Positions 51,481-63,855 of a stretch of DNA of 64,000 bases are shown piece after piece. Every line of letters starts with the position of its first letter. Within the stretch, counting starts at the first letter, position 1. Under the pieces are notes generated by a model. That model did not search any database, was not told the origin of the DNA, and worked only from the letters and a program-made list of their open reading frames with translations. Position numbers and translations under genes: made by a program. This DNA is from Harriotta raleighana (taxonomy: Eukaryota). The stretch lies in assembly GCA_050575255.1 (NCBI GenBank), contig JBNZDD010013730.1:4455316-4519315 (forward strand), in the 5' to 3' direction.

Positions 51481-52329
51481 GAGGGAAAACCTAAAAAAAA
51501 ATTAGGATTAGAATCCTATAGATTCTACAGAAAATATTGTTTGTGTGAATTTAAAGTGTGCAACATATTTTTAAGATGAAACTTTCTTCCAAATTTTATT
51601 TTGTCATCATTTCAAGCAATACAGTGAATTGTATTTAAATTCTATCTCTGCTTGTGGAATTTTTCTGTCTGGCTGCCAAATGTCTCTGAAGGAGAAAAAG
51701 GAAACCTCACGGACTGTGGGAACGAATAAAAGTGCTCTCCCATGTAGACATCATTAAATTCAAAGAAAGTATTTTAAAATTTACTGACGCTGCTTATAGA
51801 TTTAATATGTTTTATTGGGTTAAATGTACCTAAAGTTCAATGAGAAAACTGTCCACATAGAATCGCTGTGGGTGATAACAGCGTTTGTTACTATGGTAAC
51901 AATATTGGGAGGTGCATTGATGTAGGTAGGTAGGTAAATTAGCAAGGCACATTGAAGCATTCCTCCGCCATCTGCTGAGCATGACTTTGAATAGGTCTGG
52001 GATTAAGTGATAAACTGGAGAAAACAGGCAGACTCAGTAAATCAGAAAGGAGGGACAACAGCATTAAAAAGAGTATTTGACTCGTGAGGAAGGCTTTCAT
52101 AATACATTGGTGGCTTCCTCATTTGGACAAATTAAAAATGTCTTTGTTGTATTCTAATCCTCCATTGATTAGACTTCATTTAATCAACTCTTTGTTATCA
52201 GCTCTTGACAAAGGAATAAAACCAAATTGAGGAAACCAATAGGAAATGAATGATGCATTGTATTTTTACGTTGTATTACCAGATATTAATGATGTATTCT
52301 TTCATGGGCTAGGACAGTGTTTATTGGTT

Positions 52330-52397
52330 TCAGCGTCTTGGGGCGTCCTTCCATCGTGAAAGGCACTTTACAAATGTAATTTTGTTGTTGTTGTTGT
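52330..52397 (+). mobile_element. L2 3' tail stub
   Basis: cagcgtcttggggcgtccttccatcgtgaaaggcactttacaaatgtaatt(ttg)n. Confidence 0.75.
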
Positions 52398-53230
52398 TTG
52401 TCTGTCTGTACTGTAATAGATAGTGAAATAACACTGTTTTACTTATTCTATGTGTACCACATCCATCTTAGTTTTCATATGGGAGCAATACATCACTGGT
52501 ACAGAAAATGCATGCTATATTTAAACATCTGGTGTATCTGAGGGGAAAAGAAGATAAATTAATTCCAGCTAATTCATTTAATACTTTTGAACATCAGCCT
52601 CTCTTCATGATGGGAATACATCTGTAGGCTTTGACACTGAAATGGAAAAAACAAGCAATATGACACCAGATGTGAATCTATGCCAATGGTTAGCTGGTAT
52701 GCTCTGCTTTATGCTAAACACAAGCATAACTTAGTAGTGATTGTTGATTCTGAATACATGAGGACGATCCAAGTGAACTGGAAGGAATGAGTTATTAGGA
52801 ATAAGTAACGATGGGAATGAAAAATATACCATAAACTTTAATTGCATTTTCAAAATGATGGTGCAGAAGCATTTCCACGATCCTTAAAGGCGTTAAACTT
52901 TAGTACTTGCGTGATTTGGGGACTTCGGTTTGTGTTGCTTCACTCAGCCCTTCGAGCGTAAAACCTAATGTGAAGCCATAACCCTTATTGTTGCAGAGAA
53001 ATTCTTAGGAGGCACACTTTGGTCTCAAAGATAATAACAGTGATTAATATGTGAAACATTCATTTTCCATTTGCCTTTGGGTAACTATCAAAGCTAATCA
53101 ACTGTTGCAAGCTATTTAAAACAGGTGTTTTTTTTCTTACATGGAATGTGAAGCTTAAACAATGTTGTTTTGTTCATGTGAAAATTGGCTATGATCATTG
53201 TGTATCTATATATGGCAATGTGATGTCTAG

Positions 53231-53284
53231 GGTGAGGATGGTCTAATGGGAGCATCTGGAGAAAGAGGATATCCAGGAGACCGG
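53231..53284 (+). CDS. COL24A1: COL24A1 54-nt exon GEDGLMGASGERGYPGDR
   Basis: tgatgtctag| ... CGG|gtaaga; pyrimidine-poor acceptor. Confidence 0.93.
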
Positions 53285-53994
53285 GTAAGATTTGAAGGCC
53301 GATTTAATCCATTTGGAGGGGGTGTTTTGTTTCAAGTGTATTGCATGACGAAAAGCAGTAGAAATAAATTGACCAAAGTAATCCTCAGGGAAGCATCTGT
53401 GGAAAAGACCACAGAAACTTTGAGCAATCAGGCAGTTCTGTCCATCACATGTGAAACCAAATAGAGGAGAACCTGAATGTTTGTAGCTCCTTTGGATGTT
53501 GAAACATTTCGCACTTTGACTACTAAAGTGTAGCGACTTTAATGCAAGCAAATGTGACAGCCATTTATCTCAGAGAGGTTCCGCAAAGGCTCAGGAGGTG
53601 AATAACCAATTCTTGTCATCTTAGCTCTGCTGCAGCCCGACTCCAGGTTAGAACTTGATATCTGCAATGGAGCGGATAGTCTAGGCTGACACTGACATTA
53701 GAGGAGAGAAAGATTGCTGAGTCTTGATCAAAAATCAAGAAAACTACTGCTCTCGGAGCAGTGCTGTCCTATCATTTCAGCTATGTGGAAACTAATGCTG
53801 GTATGATTGCAGTGCTAAGTATGCACTTAGTATGACAAGTATGCTTGCATTACCAGGCTGAGAGGGATTCGCAGACAAAATCCAAGAGTTGGAAATCCCA
53901 CTCATGATATCAGCTCCCATATTGTTCCCACTATATTCGGGCATGAACATGTCTAGCTAAAGTAGAAAGTGCTTGCCTATTTAACCCAATTAAC

Positions 53995-54313
53995 TCCTGT
54001 AGCTCGGTAGTTAGAGCACTCGCCTTACAAGCTTGAGACCTGTGTTCGAATCCAGGCAGATCAGGGCGAAACCATGGGCAAGTTTCCCTTACTCCACACG
54101 CCTAATAATAATCCGTCTAAAAAAAAATGCAATAATAAAAATTGGTCATTTCAATCCATGACTGTTTGTGGGACCCTGCTGTGCATAATTGGCTGCTGCG
54201 TTTCACCCACAAAATATACAGTCAAATCATTCTACAGTATAGTCTGTGAAGCGCTTTGAGACATCGATAAGATGTAGAAAAATACTATATCAAATGCAAG
54301 GATTATTATTATT
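53995..54313 (+). mobile_element. Full-length tRNA-SINE with intact Pol III boxes
   Basis: Box A tagctcggtagttagagc; box B GTTCGAATCC (54044-54053); Deu part; tail ...aaatgcaaggattattatt. Confidence 0.9.
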
Positions 54314-55492
54314 TAACTCGCAACATTTATTTACAGCTTTAATCTAACAGACAGCATTACATCTTTAGTCAGGAGTCTGAAATATTGTAACGAGCAATTT
54401 TATAAAATAAGTAACTGTACAGTATCCAAACACCAGGAAAATCAACTAGCTTTCAGCCCAAGTTGAGCGATTTATTATTGCATCAGTATCAAAACCACCT
54501 CTTTAAATATCAGGTCAACAAGAATATCTTTAAATATTGGGATCATTTCTATCTCTTATGCAAACATACTATACAACTTTGGCAGCACAATCTTTCAAAG
54601 CACTAGGGGTGACACAATATTGGCATGGTCCCATTGCCTGCTAATGTTGATTACTGAGTTCCAATCCGCTACTTAAATAAAGTTGTGGAAGATGACTGCT
54701 TCCTGTGGAACCGTATCCCAATGCGAGTCAGTGCCCATTGCAGAGCAGAGGAGGAAACCAACATCAGCATCAATTTCTGTCTCAGAACATCTGGCCCACA
54801 GAATTTTTGAACACAAGAGGTTCTTTATACATTTGGGCCAGTGGATTTTCAAAGATAGGAATGGGCAACACAACCGCTTTATATAGACTGCCCAAACAAG
54901 CGCTTTAAATGCCACATCAACACAATCTCGTTATACATCACAGAGAACAATGCCGAGTTCTTTCTGCGCAGGCAAACACAATTACGAATAGTAACCACAC
55001 TACACAACATAATCATTAAACATCAGAGAGAACATAGGCTCTTTACATGCCCAGGCTCATAGCAATTTATTTTCACATTAAAGAGTGAGCAAATCCCTGT
55101 GTGCATGCTTGCCAACCCTTACAATTCAACCTTTGTGTTGTTTATATTCTGCTTTATATTTAAAGCCAAGCATATTAAGAAGTACAGTATTTTATCTGTC
55201 TTTATTTGTGCCTGCAACAATTATTCTACCTCATGTGGGTATCGTGAGTTGAAGCAAATTGCTGCTATTCTATTTTAATTTGTTTAAATTTAAACTACCT
55301 CCATCACTTTTAATAACATTTTACGTCAGGATAATAATGTATAATTTAAAGTATCCCAATCTCAGTTGCTATTTCTTGTGCTCCCAATCTTAGTTGTTAT
55401 CGCGCGTAATGGTAGAGTACAGTTGTTTGCATGAATAGCCTTCTATAATTAGTATTTGCTTATGCCAAATGTATATTTGTTCACTTTTTAAG

Positions 55493-55546
55493 GGCACAAT
55501 TGGTTTACTGGGGCCACCAGGAGTTAAAGGAAATCAAGGACCACTG
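55493..55546 (+). CDS. COL24A1: COL24A1 54-nt exon GTIGLLGPPGVKGNQGPL
   Basis: cactttttaag| ... CTG|gtatgt. Confidence 0.95.
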
Positions 55547-56063
55547 GTATGTTAAATGTTTCATCAGTAGTGTTTCATGCGTTCATTGTTTGTGTCATGA
55601 TGAATATACAGTACAGTAGTTGACATTTCGAGAAGTTACTTTGGCAAATTGCTTGCATTCACTAATGAAGGGATTCACTTCAAATGCCAGATCAACACAA
55701 TCTCTTTACACATCAGTGGAAGAATACAACTAAGATTGTATGGAAATGCAATTACTAAAATGTACCAATCAGTTTTAAACTGGAAACTTTTAGGGACTAC
55801 TAGAATGGGAGTGTGTGAGGTTTGTATCTCATACTTTTATTATTCTTGCAAAGTTGAGCTAAATGTCACAGTTAGCTTTTGATTTATATTTGTGAAGTAC
55901 GACTGGTATTTAGCATCACAGAATCTCTGAGACATATATCTAGATTTCTGAATGAAGAAATCCGTTTTGAAATCACGAGATTTCAGACGACATTGGCGAT
56001 GTCAGTTCTGTATCAGATCACTAAATGTAGACTGATTCCGATGGCATTTCTCTTTGACTTTAG

Positions 56064-56117
56064 GGCAAAGTTGGTGAGTCCGGGCTGCAGGGTTTGACAG
56101 GTTCTGCTGGACCAGAG
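56064..56117 (+). CDS. COL24A1: COL24A1 54-nt exon GKVGESGLQGLTGSAGPE
   Basis: tgactttag| ... GAG|gtaagg. Confidence 0.95.
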
Positions 56118-56643
56118 GTAAGGATTTGTCCTCTTGTTTTGGTTTGTAACGGAGAAGGTTTATAAGAGAGCTGATCAATATGTATGCTCTGCCTCTTTGG
56201 TAATAGAAAGGTGATCAACCGAAATCACTGTCAGAAGGCTTGCATCAGTTCAGGTTGGAGAGGTGAACACAACTACCCTTGTCACATATTCCAACGTAGG
56301 AGATTAAAAAAAAAAGAGAGAGACAATGACGAGCAAAGTGAAATTACTGCAGCAAGTGATGTACACTTAAAGTTTCCAAGTGGAAGCATCCTCACTATGA
56401 ATAAGCCCATCCACTTTATCCAGTCAATCAATGAGGTTAACTTACCTTTTACTTACTTTCCATCCACATTGGCTTGAGCAACCAGCACAGTTTTAGTGAC
56501 AGGCTGTGGAGCAACAACAACTTGCACTTGTATAGCGTCCTCCACCAACACAAGGTTTAAACCTTATGTAAAACAGAAGTCTATTTAAATTCTCTCCTCA
56601 TTTTACCAATTTTATCGTCAACAAGTACACAGTCATTTTATAT

Positions 56644-56785
56644 TTCGCCCACAAATGTACAAAAGTCAATTCACTTTACAGTATATTCTGTGAAGTGCTT
56701 TGGGACGTCGATAAGATGTGAAAAGCACTATATAAATCTAAGTATTATTATATTATAATAGTGCTATATTAAATGCAAGGATTTT
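56644..56785 (+). mobile_element. SINE 3' fragment with partly duplicated tail
   Basis: gtcaattcactttacagtatattctgtgaagtgctttgggacgtcgataagatgtgaaaagcacta. Confidence 0.8.
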
Positions 56786-59079
56786 TAAAAAACTAAAATA
56801 ACATGGAATATGGAGTCAGGCATTATATTATATTGTATCGCTGCATGTGAGCAAATAATGATTCAGTTGATGAGCAAAATTCCACTTTTAATTGTTAATA
56901 TGACAATACAGACTTACAGTCGTGTACATCTTCACAGTTGTTCATTTTTTGGTGGAGGATGTGTCTGACACATACGGGAACCCATCACTGTGCTTAAGGG
57001 AATCCAAACCAAACTTGAGAATTTAGTGAATCCCACCAACACGTGGAAATTCCAGAGATAGTTTGTTGGAATGCAATGCGCACTCTCTCCCTGGAGGGAC
57101 GCAACCCGCTCACCCAATTTCCGGAAAGTATTAGGCGCACGTTGGCAAGAGCCAAGGCTTGGGGACCCTCGAGTGTGTGTTGGGGGTACTGCTGGAGTCT
57201 AACCAGCTAAAACTGCACAGCTTGCCATTGATAGCAAAGTCTGTCAAGCTTTTCCGCTGCTTGTACAGCTCGGACCACCCTTACTTTCTAACTGTTAAGA
57301 GTTTAACAGGAGCTGAGTGGGAGGATTCTCTGTCCCCAGTGATTGGTCTTCCCTTCCAATTCCTACCGATGAGCTGGGTTGCCTGAGCTGTCACTAGCAC
57401 TGAGTACCTGGAGTACTGCGGACCTGCCCGGTCGGGTTCATTACTTAAACCCATTTCAATTCCAGCGTTAACCTGCACAGGAAAGTCGGAACCTGTAGGG
57501 TTCAAGTTGCAATAACACTTTTGAATATATTTGCAAGGAAAGTTCACAACATATGGGACACAAATGGGATTCATGAGGACTAAGTATTAGTTTTGGCTTC
57601 AAGCTGAAGGAAACAGAATTAAAAATATCTATTTTAAGAAATGCTCGCTGTAAATCTTATTCCATTGCCAAGAGATTGTACTGGGTTTCCTGCTGAAAGT
57701 CAGTTTGCCTTTTCGTTATTCTACTGGGGATATTTTTACCTTTTTTTTAATTCCAAATTTCTATATAAGGAAAATTCCACTCTGCATAGCTGAAATAATG
57801 AACCTAACTGCAGTTACTATTTGCTCATTCGGGACATTGCAAATCACACAGTGTGCATTTTTGCAGGTGTTCTCTGCGGTTTGCCTGGATGGCATTGAAG
57901 GCAAATACATCAATGTTTTTACAGTGGATTTTCTGGCACTGTACTGGTGTCTTAAGGAAAGAGTTGGCAGGAACTTTGCTCCAGTCTTTGTTTATGTCGG
58001 TTGAAAGAACTAAAAGTGCGTCTTTACTGAAAATCTGCGCTGAAGAAATGTTCGGGAAGAAATTTTCACAAACCAGTGAGCCCAGCCAGTGAGCAACACA
58101 AAGCCAAGGCATATACACTTCCAGAAACCTAGAGTTGGGATTTAATACCACAAGACTTTGTCAACTTTATCATGATTTAAAGTTTCCACTTTGAAAAAGA
58201 ACACATGTAGTCTGTGATTTTTCTAGTGCATGTACTGTTGCTATTGGCATACATTCACAATGTTTTACAATATCTGCTTTCAGCAGCTTTTTGCATCAAC
58301 TACTACTATTGTTATGAGGACATTTGACTCCAAATGCTCAAACTTCCAGTTCACTTTACTACACACTCAACATGCATGTGATTTCTGCCTGTGAAGTAGT
58401 GTTGTTATCCCATTTACCGAGCGTTTATCAAGGAAGCAGTTTAAATAGTGAGGTCTATTTACATTTTTTGCATATTGAACAAGAAATACATGGATGTACT
58501 GGAGCTGGATGTGCTATTTGTTTCTAAATTCATACCGCATGTTAGATCCCAATGGCTGAATGAGTTTCAATAAGGGGGATTCGCTGTACAATTACCTTGA
58601 AAATAGAGAAGGCATTTAGAGATTTATGTGCTCTTTCTGTATATCATAGTTCAAATCCAAACTGGGCACACCACTTATTTACTTACAGCTGCGGGAGATT
58701 GGTTGAAACCCTCCCAAATTGACTCCTAGTTAGTGAGAGTTTCTCAGAGAGCATCAAATTAATGCCCACAAACCATTACTCACAAGCTAGTCTGACGTTG
58801 TTGTCTCACATCGATAACTATCTAATATTCCACGCAATGGGTAATGGAACCCCTCTTTAACAGCATATTCACATGCCCCCGTGTGGCTGTTGTGCATTAC
58901 TGCAGACTGATACATTTGGGAACCATTTTAAGGTGATTTCCTTGAACTTTGCTCATAAAGTTATTTTTCAGCAAAATGTACAGTGTGACATCTGAAATGG
59001 GTTAAACAGTATGTTTTTCTTCAACTATTTCCTCGTCTGGTTATTGTAGTGTAAATCGTTGTGCAAGGTTCCGTGGAAC

Positions 59080-59720
59080 AATTTATTTATTTTTATTTAT
59101 TTTATTTATTGTATTTATATAGCGCCTTTCACGTCAGGAGGACGTCCCAAGGCGCTGTACAGTCAAGTGGGGGGAGGGGTCGGGGGAAGAAAAACAGGAA
59201 AATACTGACTGTATATTTGTGGGCGAAACGCGGCAGCCAAATTGCGCACAGCATTGTCCCACAAACAGTCATGGAAGCGAGAGGGCCAGGGATGAAAGGG
59301 GGAAAGAGGGCAAGGGGAGGGGTTGGGGTAGGAGGAAGAGAGAAGGAAAACCAGGTGTATATCTGGGGAGAAACGCGGCAGCCAAATTGCGCACAGCAGT
59401 GTCCCACAAACACACACGGAAATGGGGCCAGGGAAGAAAGGGGGAAAAAGGGACAAGGGGGGAGACGGAGGAAAAAGCGGGTGGGGTAAAATCAGGGAGG
59501 AAAAAGGACGGAGAAAGGAGGACAAGGGGGAAATCAAGGATGACAAGGAGGGAGAAATGGTGGCAAGGGGGAAGAGGGAGGGAAAGGTGAAGGGAGGGAA
59601 ACCAAGGAGAAAGGGGGGCAAGAGGGAAGGGGGGAAAGGGAGAGAGGGAAGAAGAAAAGGAGGGCAAAATGTCAGGGGGCAGGGGGGGGGCCAAACAACA
59701 ACAACAAACATCATCAACAA
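59080..59720 (-). mobile_element. Composite repeat: L2-type tail, two Deu-segment copies and a long purine-rich tract
   Basis: tatagcgcctttcacgtcaggaggacgtcccaaggcgctg (59118-59158); gaaacgcggcagccaaattgcgcacagc at about 59225 and 59371; GA-rich 59430-59690. Confidence 0.75.
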
Positions 59721-60249
59721 CAATAAGCAAAAACAGAAGAAACAATCATGCTTAGATACCAGGGGGAAGAAATTCTAGCCACCAAGGGATTAAACAGTAA
59801 AAGGAATTGTATTTTGTTTATATTGCTGGTTCAGCAGTGATCAGAAATTGCTTGGGTAGGACTAAGTGCCCAACAAATCCAACAAATGGGACGATTGGTA
59901 ACCAATTACTCTGTCTGGCATGCGAGAGGTCCTCTGACAAGCAGTTAGAGAGTAGAATTTAACAGCCATGAAAGGGGGAAGGGTTTTGCAAGGTTGAAAC
60001 ACAGATTTATCCCTGGAACCTGGGAAGCTGTCTTTTATTAGAGCCTGTTCTACCTCTTGTAACAGGCTGCTACAAGATTTTTCCAGGCACAGCAATGTCC
60101 CGCGCTACAATTATTCCTCAAAAGGGACAGTTTGGAAATCTTTACAGATGATTGGAAACAGTTTAGAGTTTATTGCACAATTAGGTACACAACTAAATGT
60201 TCCCTGCTGCCATGATAGGTAAATTATATTATGAACTTTGAGCGCCTGG

Positions 60250-60385
60250 TCATAGACTCGTAGAAAGTACAGCCCAGAAACAGACAATTCGGAGCATCCT
60301 GACAGACTGGTGCTTATGCAACAACAACAACAAAATTACATTTATAGAGCGCGTTTCACGTCAGGAGGACGTTCCAAGGCGCTGG
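60250..60385 (-). mobile_element. CR1 tail scrap followed by an L2 tail stub
   Basis: catagactcgtagaaagtacagcccagaaacag; caacaacaaaattacatttatagagcgcgtttcacgtcaggaggacgttccaaggcgctg. Confidence 0.7.
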
Positions 60386-60632
60386 AGTGGATGAGTGGAT
60401 ATAAAGGCCAGAAGAATATTCGATGCAGGAATGCAATGTTCCAGTTGAAAAATGCCCTGACCAATGGTGAAAGCAATGTGTAGTACAGTATATTTAAATA
60501 AAATGCTCATTGTTAGTTTAGCCAAAATGTAACAGCGACAAATAATGTTTATTTCTGACCATTTACTTCTAACCAGTTATATTTCCACAATTAATCACAA
60601 GGGAAAATTTACATTGATCTATTCATAAGATG

Positions 60633-60700
60633 AAACAACAATAACAACAAAAGGACATTTATAGAGTGCCTTCATGTCAGGAGGAAGTGCCAAGGTGCAA
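60633..60700 (-). mobile_element. L2 tail stub
   Basis: aacaacaaaaggacatttatagagtgccttcatgtcaggaggaagtgccaaggtgc. Confidence 0.7.
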
Positions 60701-61212
60701 CAACTGACAAGACACAACAACTTCCTGTTTAATCTCTTAATACTTTAGAGAAATGCTTCCTATTTTGTATAATGTAAATTTACAATTTTTTTTACATTAA
60801 TGATTTCCAAACGAGAGAGTTCGAATTTAAATGCTTCCAGATTTCTACAACTTTTTCCTAACTATTCCCTTTTCACTTCAATGTTTGAATCCATTGTGTC
60901 GACGACTGCATTACGATGATGCTTGGATTCCAATTTGTGCATGAAGTTAAAATAATACTCAGAAAATTGCTTTTGAAAATGTTCACAGCATATGCTATGC
61001 CTTTGTGCCTTATATCTTTGCAGCGTAAACATAACTGTAATCATGCTTGAAGTGGAAAGGCCAAATTAAGTGAAGCAATGACTCTTGAGTTAAGAACTGT
61101 TTGCCTGAAAGAATGAATCAGAACATAAACATTGAATGACTTACCTACTGTTTTAATTGATTTTTAACAGATTATTACAATGTAAATGTTTAATTGTTTG
61201 ATGTCTTCATAG

Positions 61213-61266
61213 GGTTTTCCTGGAGACATTGGCTTGCCTGGTTCAAATGGCCCAGAAGGCCAGAAG
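61213..61266 (+). CDS. COL24A1: COL24A1 54-nt exon GFPGDIGLPGSNGPEGQK
   Basis: tcttcatag| ... AAG|gtaggt. Confidence 0.95.
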
Positions 61267-61668
61267 GTAGGTTTATGCCGAAAGACATTTAAATCCATTT
61301 TGATTTGTGAATCCACAAAGTTCAGCGCCTTTCTCTGTAGGCTCTTGTATCATGGGTGCATAACTAGATCTGCTCTGCACTGATAAAAATCACATTGTTT
61401 TATGGTCTGTTACTGGACATTTGCTACAGTTTGCATACCATCTCAGTGCGTAGCTTCTAAAGACTCTTCAAGACAGACCCGAGTATTTTTTTTCAAAAAC
61501 ATTCTCCTCTTTGGTACATGTCATTAATTATTCTTAGGTTAAACTTTCATTTGGTCCCTGGACTATGCAATGTGCATCACACAAGTGGATGCATCCTGAT
61601 TTCATTGTTCTTCTTTTGTTTGATTCACAATTTATTTTGTTTTAAATTCACCCTTTGTTTGTGTTCAG

Positions 61669-61722
61669 GGAATATTTGGTGAACGAGGCCTACCAGGGCC
61701 ACCTGGATCAAGAGGACTACAG
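61669..61722 (+). CDS. COL24A1: COL24A1 54-nt exon GIFGERGLPGPPGSRGLQ
   Basis: tgtgttcag| ... CAG|gtagga. Confidence 0.95.
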
Positions 61723-62536
61723 GTAGGAGAGAAACATCCAGAGAAGGATTACTCAGTAACATGTGGTTCTTGTCTTTCAGGCAATATATGAAATTGTGAA
61801 TTTCTTAATTCTAATCACTAGAATTTGACTTTAACGCTGTGGGTGTGGCATTCTCATTCAATATGATCATTTGCGTCTAGACTGAAGGATGTATGTCAAG
61901 CGTACAAATACCAATTAGAAATAATGCTAGTGCGCGCTTAAGGTGATTCATTGTGTTGTTAAAAGAAATGAATTACATTCCTGTGATAAATGAACCATTC
62001 ACCTATTCGTTCCACTTTAGCAATTGCAGTTCGAATGAAAAGACTGTCATATTTTTTGCATCGTTTGGCTCAACAATTGTTAGAACCATTGAATCATTGT
62101 TGCATCTTCTGCTTTCTACAGATGAATGATCTTACAAGACAGTCACGGATGAAGGAAGCCCTTTGCTTCCATTTGATCCCATCTGTCCCGAATATCCCAA
62201 ACTGTAATCTTCCTATTACAACTCCAAGCTGTTTCTGAAATGAGTCCTGGGTCCTGACCTCCAACACCCATCCTAGTCATCTATTCCAGCTGCTGATCTC
62301 TCCATGTGTGTAAAAAAATACTGTTAGACCCATGTCTCCGAAGGCCAGCTTTATTGATTCATCAAACTCCTTGTCCTGGAGAGACAATGCTCACCATGCC
62401 ACATAGCCACTGTGCAGAATTTTTCCAGAACAACATATAAATGCTGCAACATTTAGTCATAGCAGGAATTATTGGCAGTAGGCAGTCATTGCCTACACTC
62501 TTGAACATGCTTGTAATTTTTATCTTTGTTGAACAG

Positions 62537-62581
62537 GGGAGTGAAGGGTCGTTGGGACCCCCTGGAGGTCGAGGACCAGTG
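62537..62581 (+). CDS. COL24A1: COL24A1 45-nt exon GSEGSLGPPGGRGPV
   Basis: tgttgaacag| ... GTG|gtaagt. Confidence 0.95.
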
Positions 62582-62871
62582 GTAAGTTTTGACCTGTCAA
62601 TGTAAAAATGCTAATTGCAATACTTCACATTTAATGTTATAATCGTACATCATAAGGAATTATTTACAATTGTCATCCGCAACACAACAACTTGTGCATA
62701 TATAGTGCCCCTGATTCGAGATACCCTTTCGAAGAGCTTGATCAACACTCTATAATACTGCCGTACTCATAAAGTGGAAGAGATTGAATTATTTCTCCCA
62801 AGTACTGTATTCCCTGCATATTTACTACTATATGTTTGCACACCACTATCCATAGATATTCACCATCCATA

Positions 62872-62990
62872 TTTATTTTCACCCACATATATACAGTCAA
62901 TTCACTTTACAGTAAGTTCTGTGAAGTGCTTTGAGACGTCTAGAAGACGTAAAAAGTGCAACATCAAATGCGAGGATTATTATTATAATA
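62872..62990 (+). mobile_element. SINE 3' fragment
   Basis: tacagtcaattcactttacag...gtgaagtgctttgagacgtctagaagacgt...aaatgcgaggattattatt. Confidence 0.8.
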
Positions 62991-63627
62991 TTGTCACCTG
63001 TTAGATGTGGGAGATTCCTTGTCGCCATTATGAGCACGTTGCTTTAGAAAGAATACCTGACACTCAAAAAAAAGTTACATTTTAATAAATTATGCTTCCA
63101 TAATTGGTGCCAACAATTTTGCTGCAACACGCTTATTGTATCTGTCATAACAAGCTAGAGTAAAGATTTGCGTGTTTCATTAAAAATGATCTTATTACAT
63201 TTTATTGACATTTTGACAAAATTGCTAGTTGTACCTGTTTCACATAATGGGCAGATTGCCACCTTGTCTATTTCCATGGATGATTTAGCACTAGTGGAAC
63301 TGAATTGTACTTTGAATGAAGAACTCCCACGATTTTATTTAATACTATCGTGAATTGGGGGTGAAACATCCTACGAGTGAATCACACATCCTTTAGCTTC
63401 ATTGCAATATTTTTCCTGGTACAGTATTTTTGTACACTTGGTTATAGATTGTCCTATTACCTGTGGTGATAAGTTCTATCACTACAAGTACAAGTTTAGC
63501 ACATTAATTTTTTTAAATTAAATCTTTTGTTACACGGTGACAACACTACATTTCCCCTAATAATTCTATGTATATTTTAAATGTGTTTATTGAAAATGTT
63601 TTCTTGACTGTGAACATTTTGTTTTAG

Positions 63628-63681
63628 GGAAGACAAGGCAGGAAAGGATATCCTGGTCTGCCAGGACCTGAAGGCATTAAG
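63628..63681 (+). CDS. COL24A1: COL24A1 54-nt exon GRQGRKGYPGLPGPEGIK
   Basis: ttgttttag| ... AAG|gttgta (weak donor). Confidence 0.93.
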
Positions 63682-63855
63682 GTTGTAATAACTCCCTTCT
63701 TTCAGAGAAATACACTGATTTCTGCAAAGTACTGTTTAATAACATTAGCTACACATTGGTGAACTAACCAATGCTAATCCACTGATGGGAAATGTTTGTG
63801 ATATCCATATCCTCAAATAGGACAGTAACAATACTTTCTTCTTCTGATAAAACAG

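Noticed and set aside
53995-54070. tRNA gene-like sequence with box A and box B
   Set aside because: It runs directly into the SINE body and tail and is multicopy in the window, so it is a SINE head and not a tRNA gene.
59061-59778. Long overlapping ORFs (up to 186 aa)
   Set aside because: Low-complexity purine/pyrimidine repeat that lacks stops for compositional reasons.
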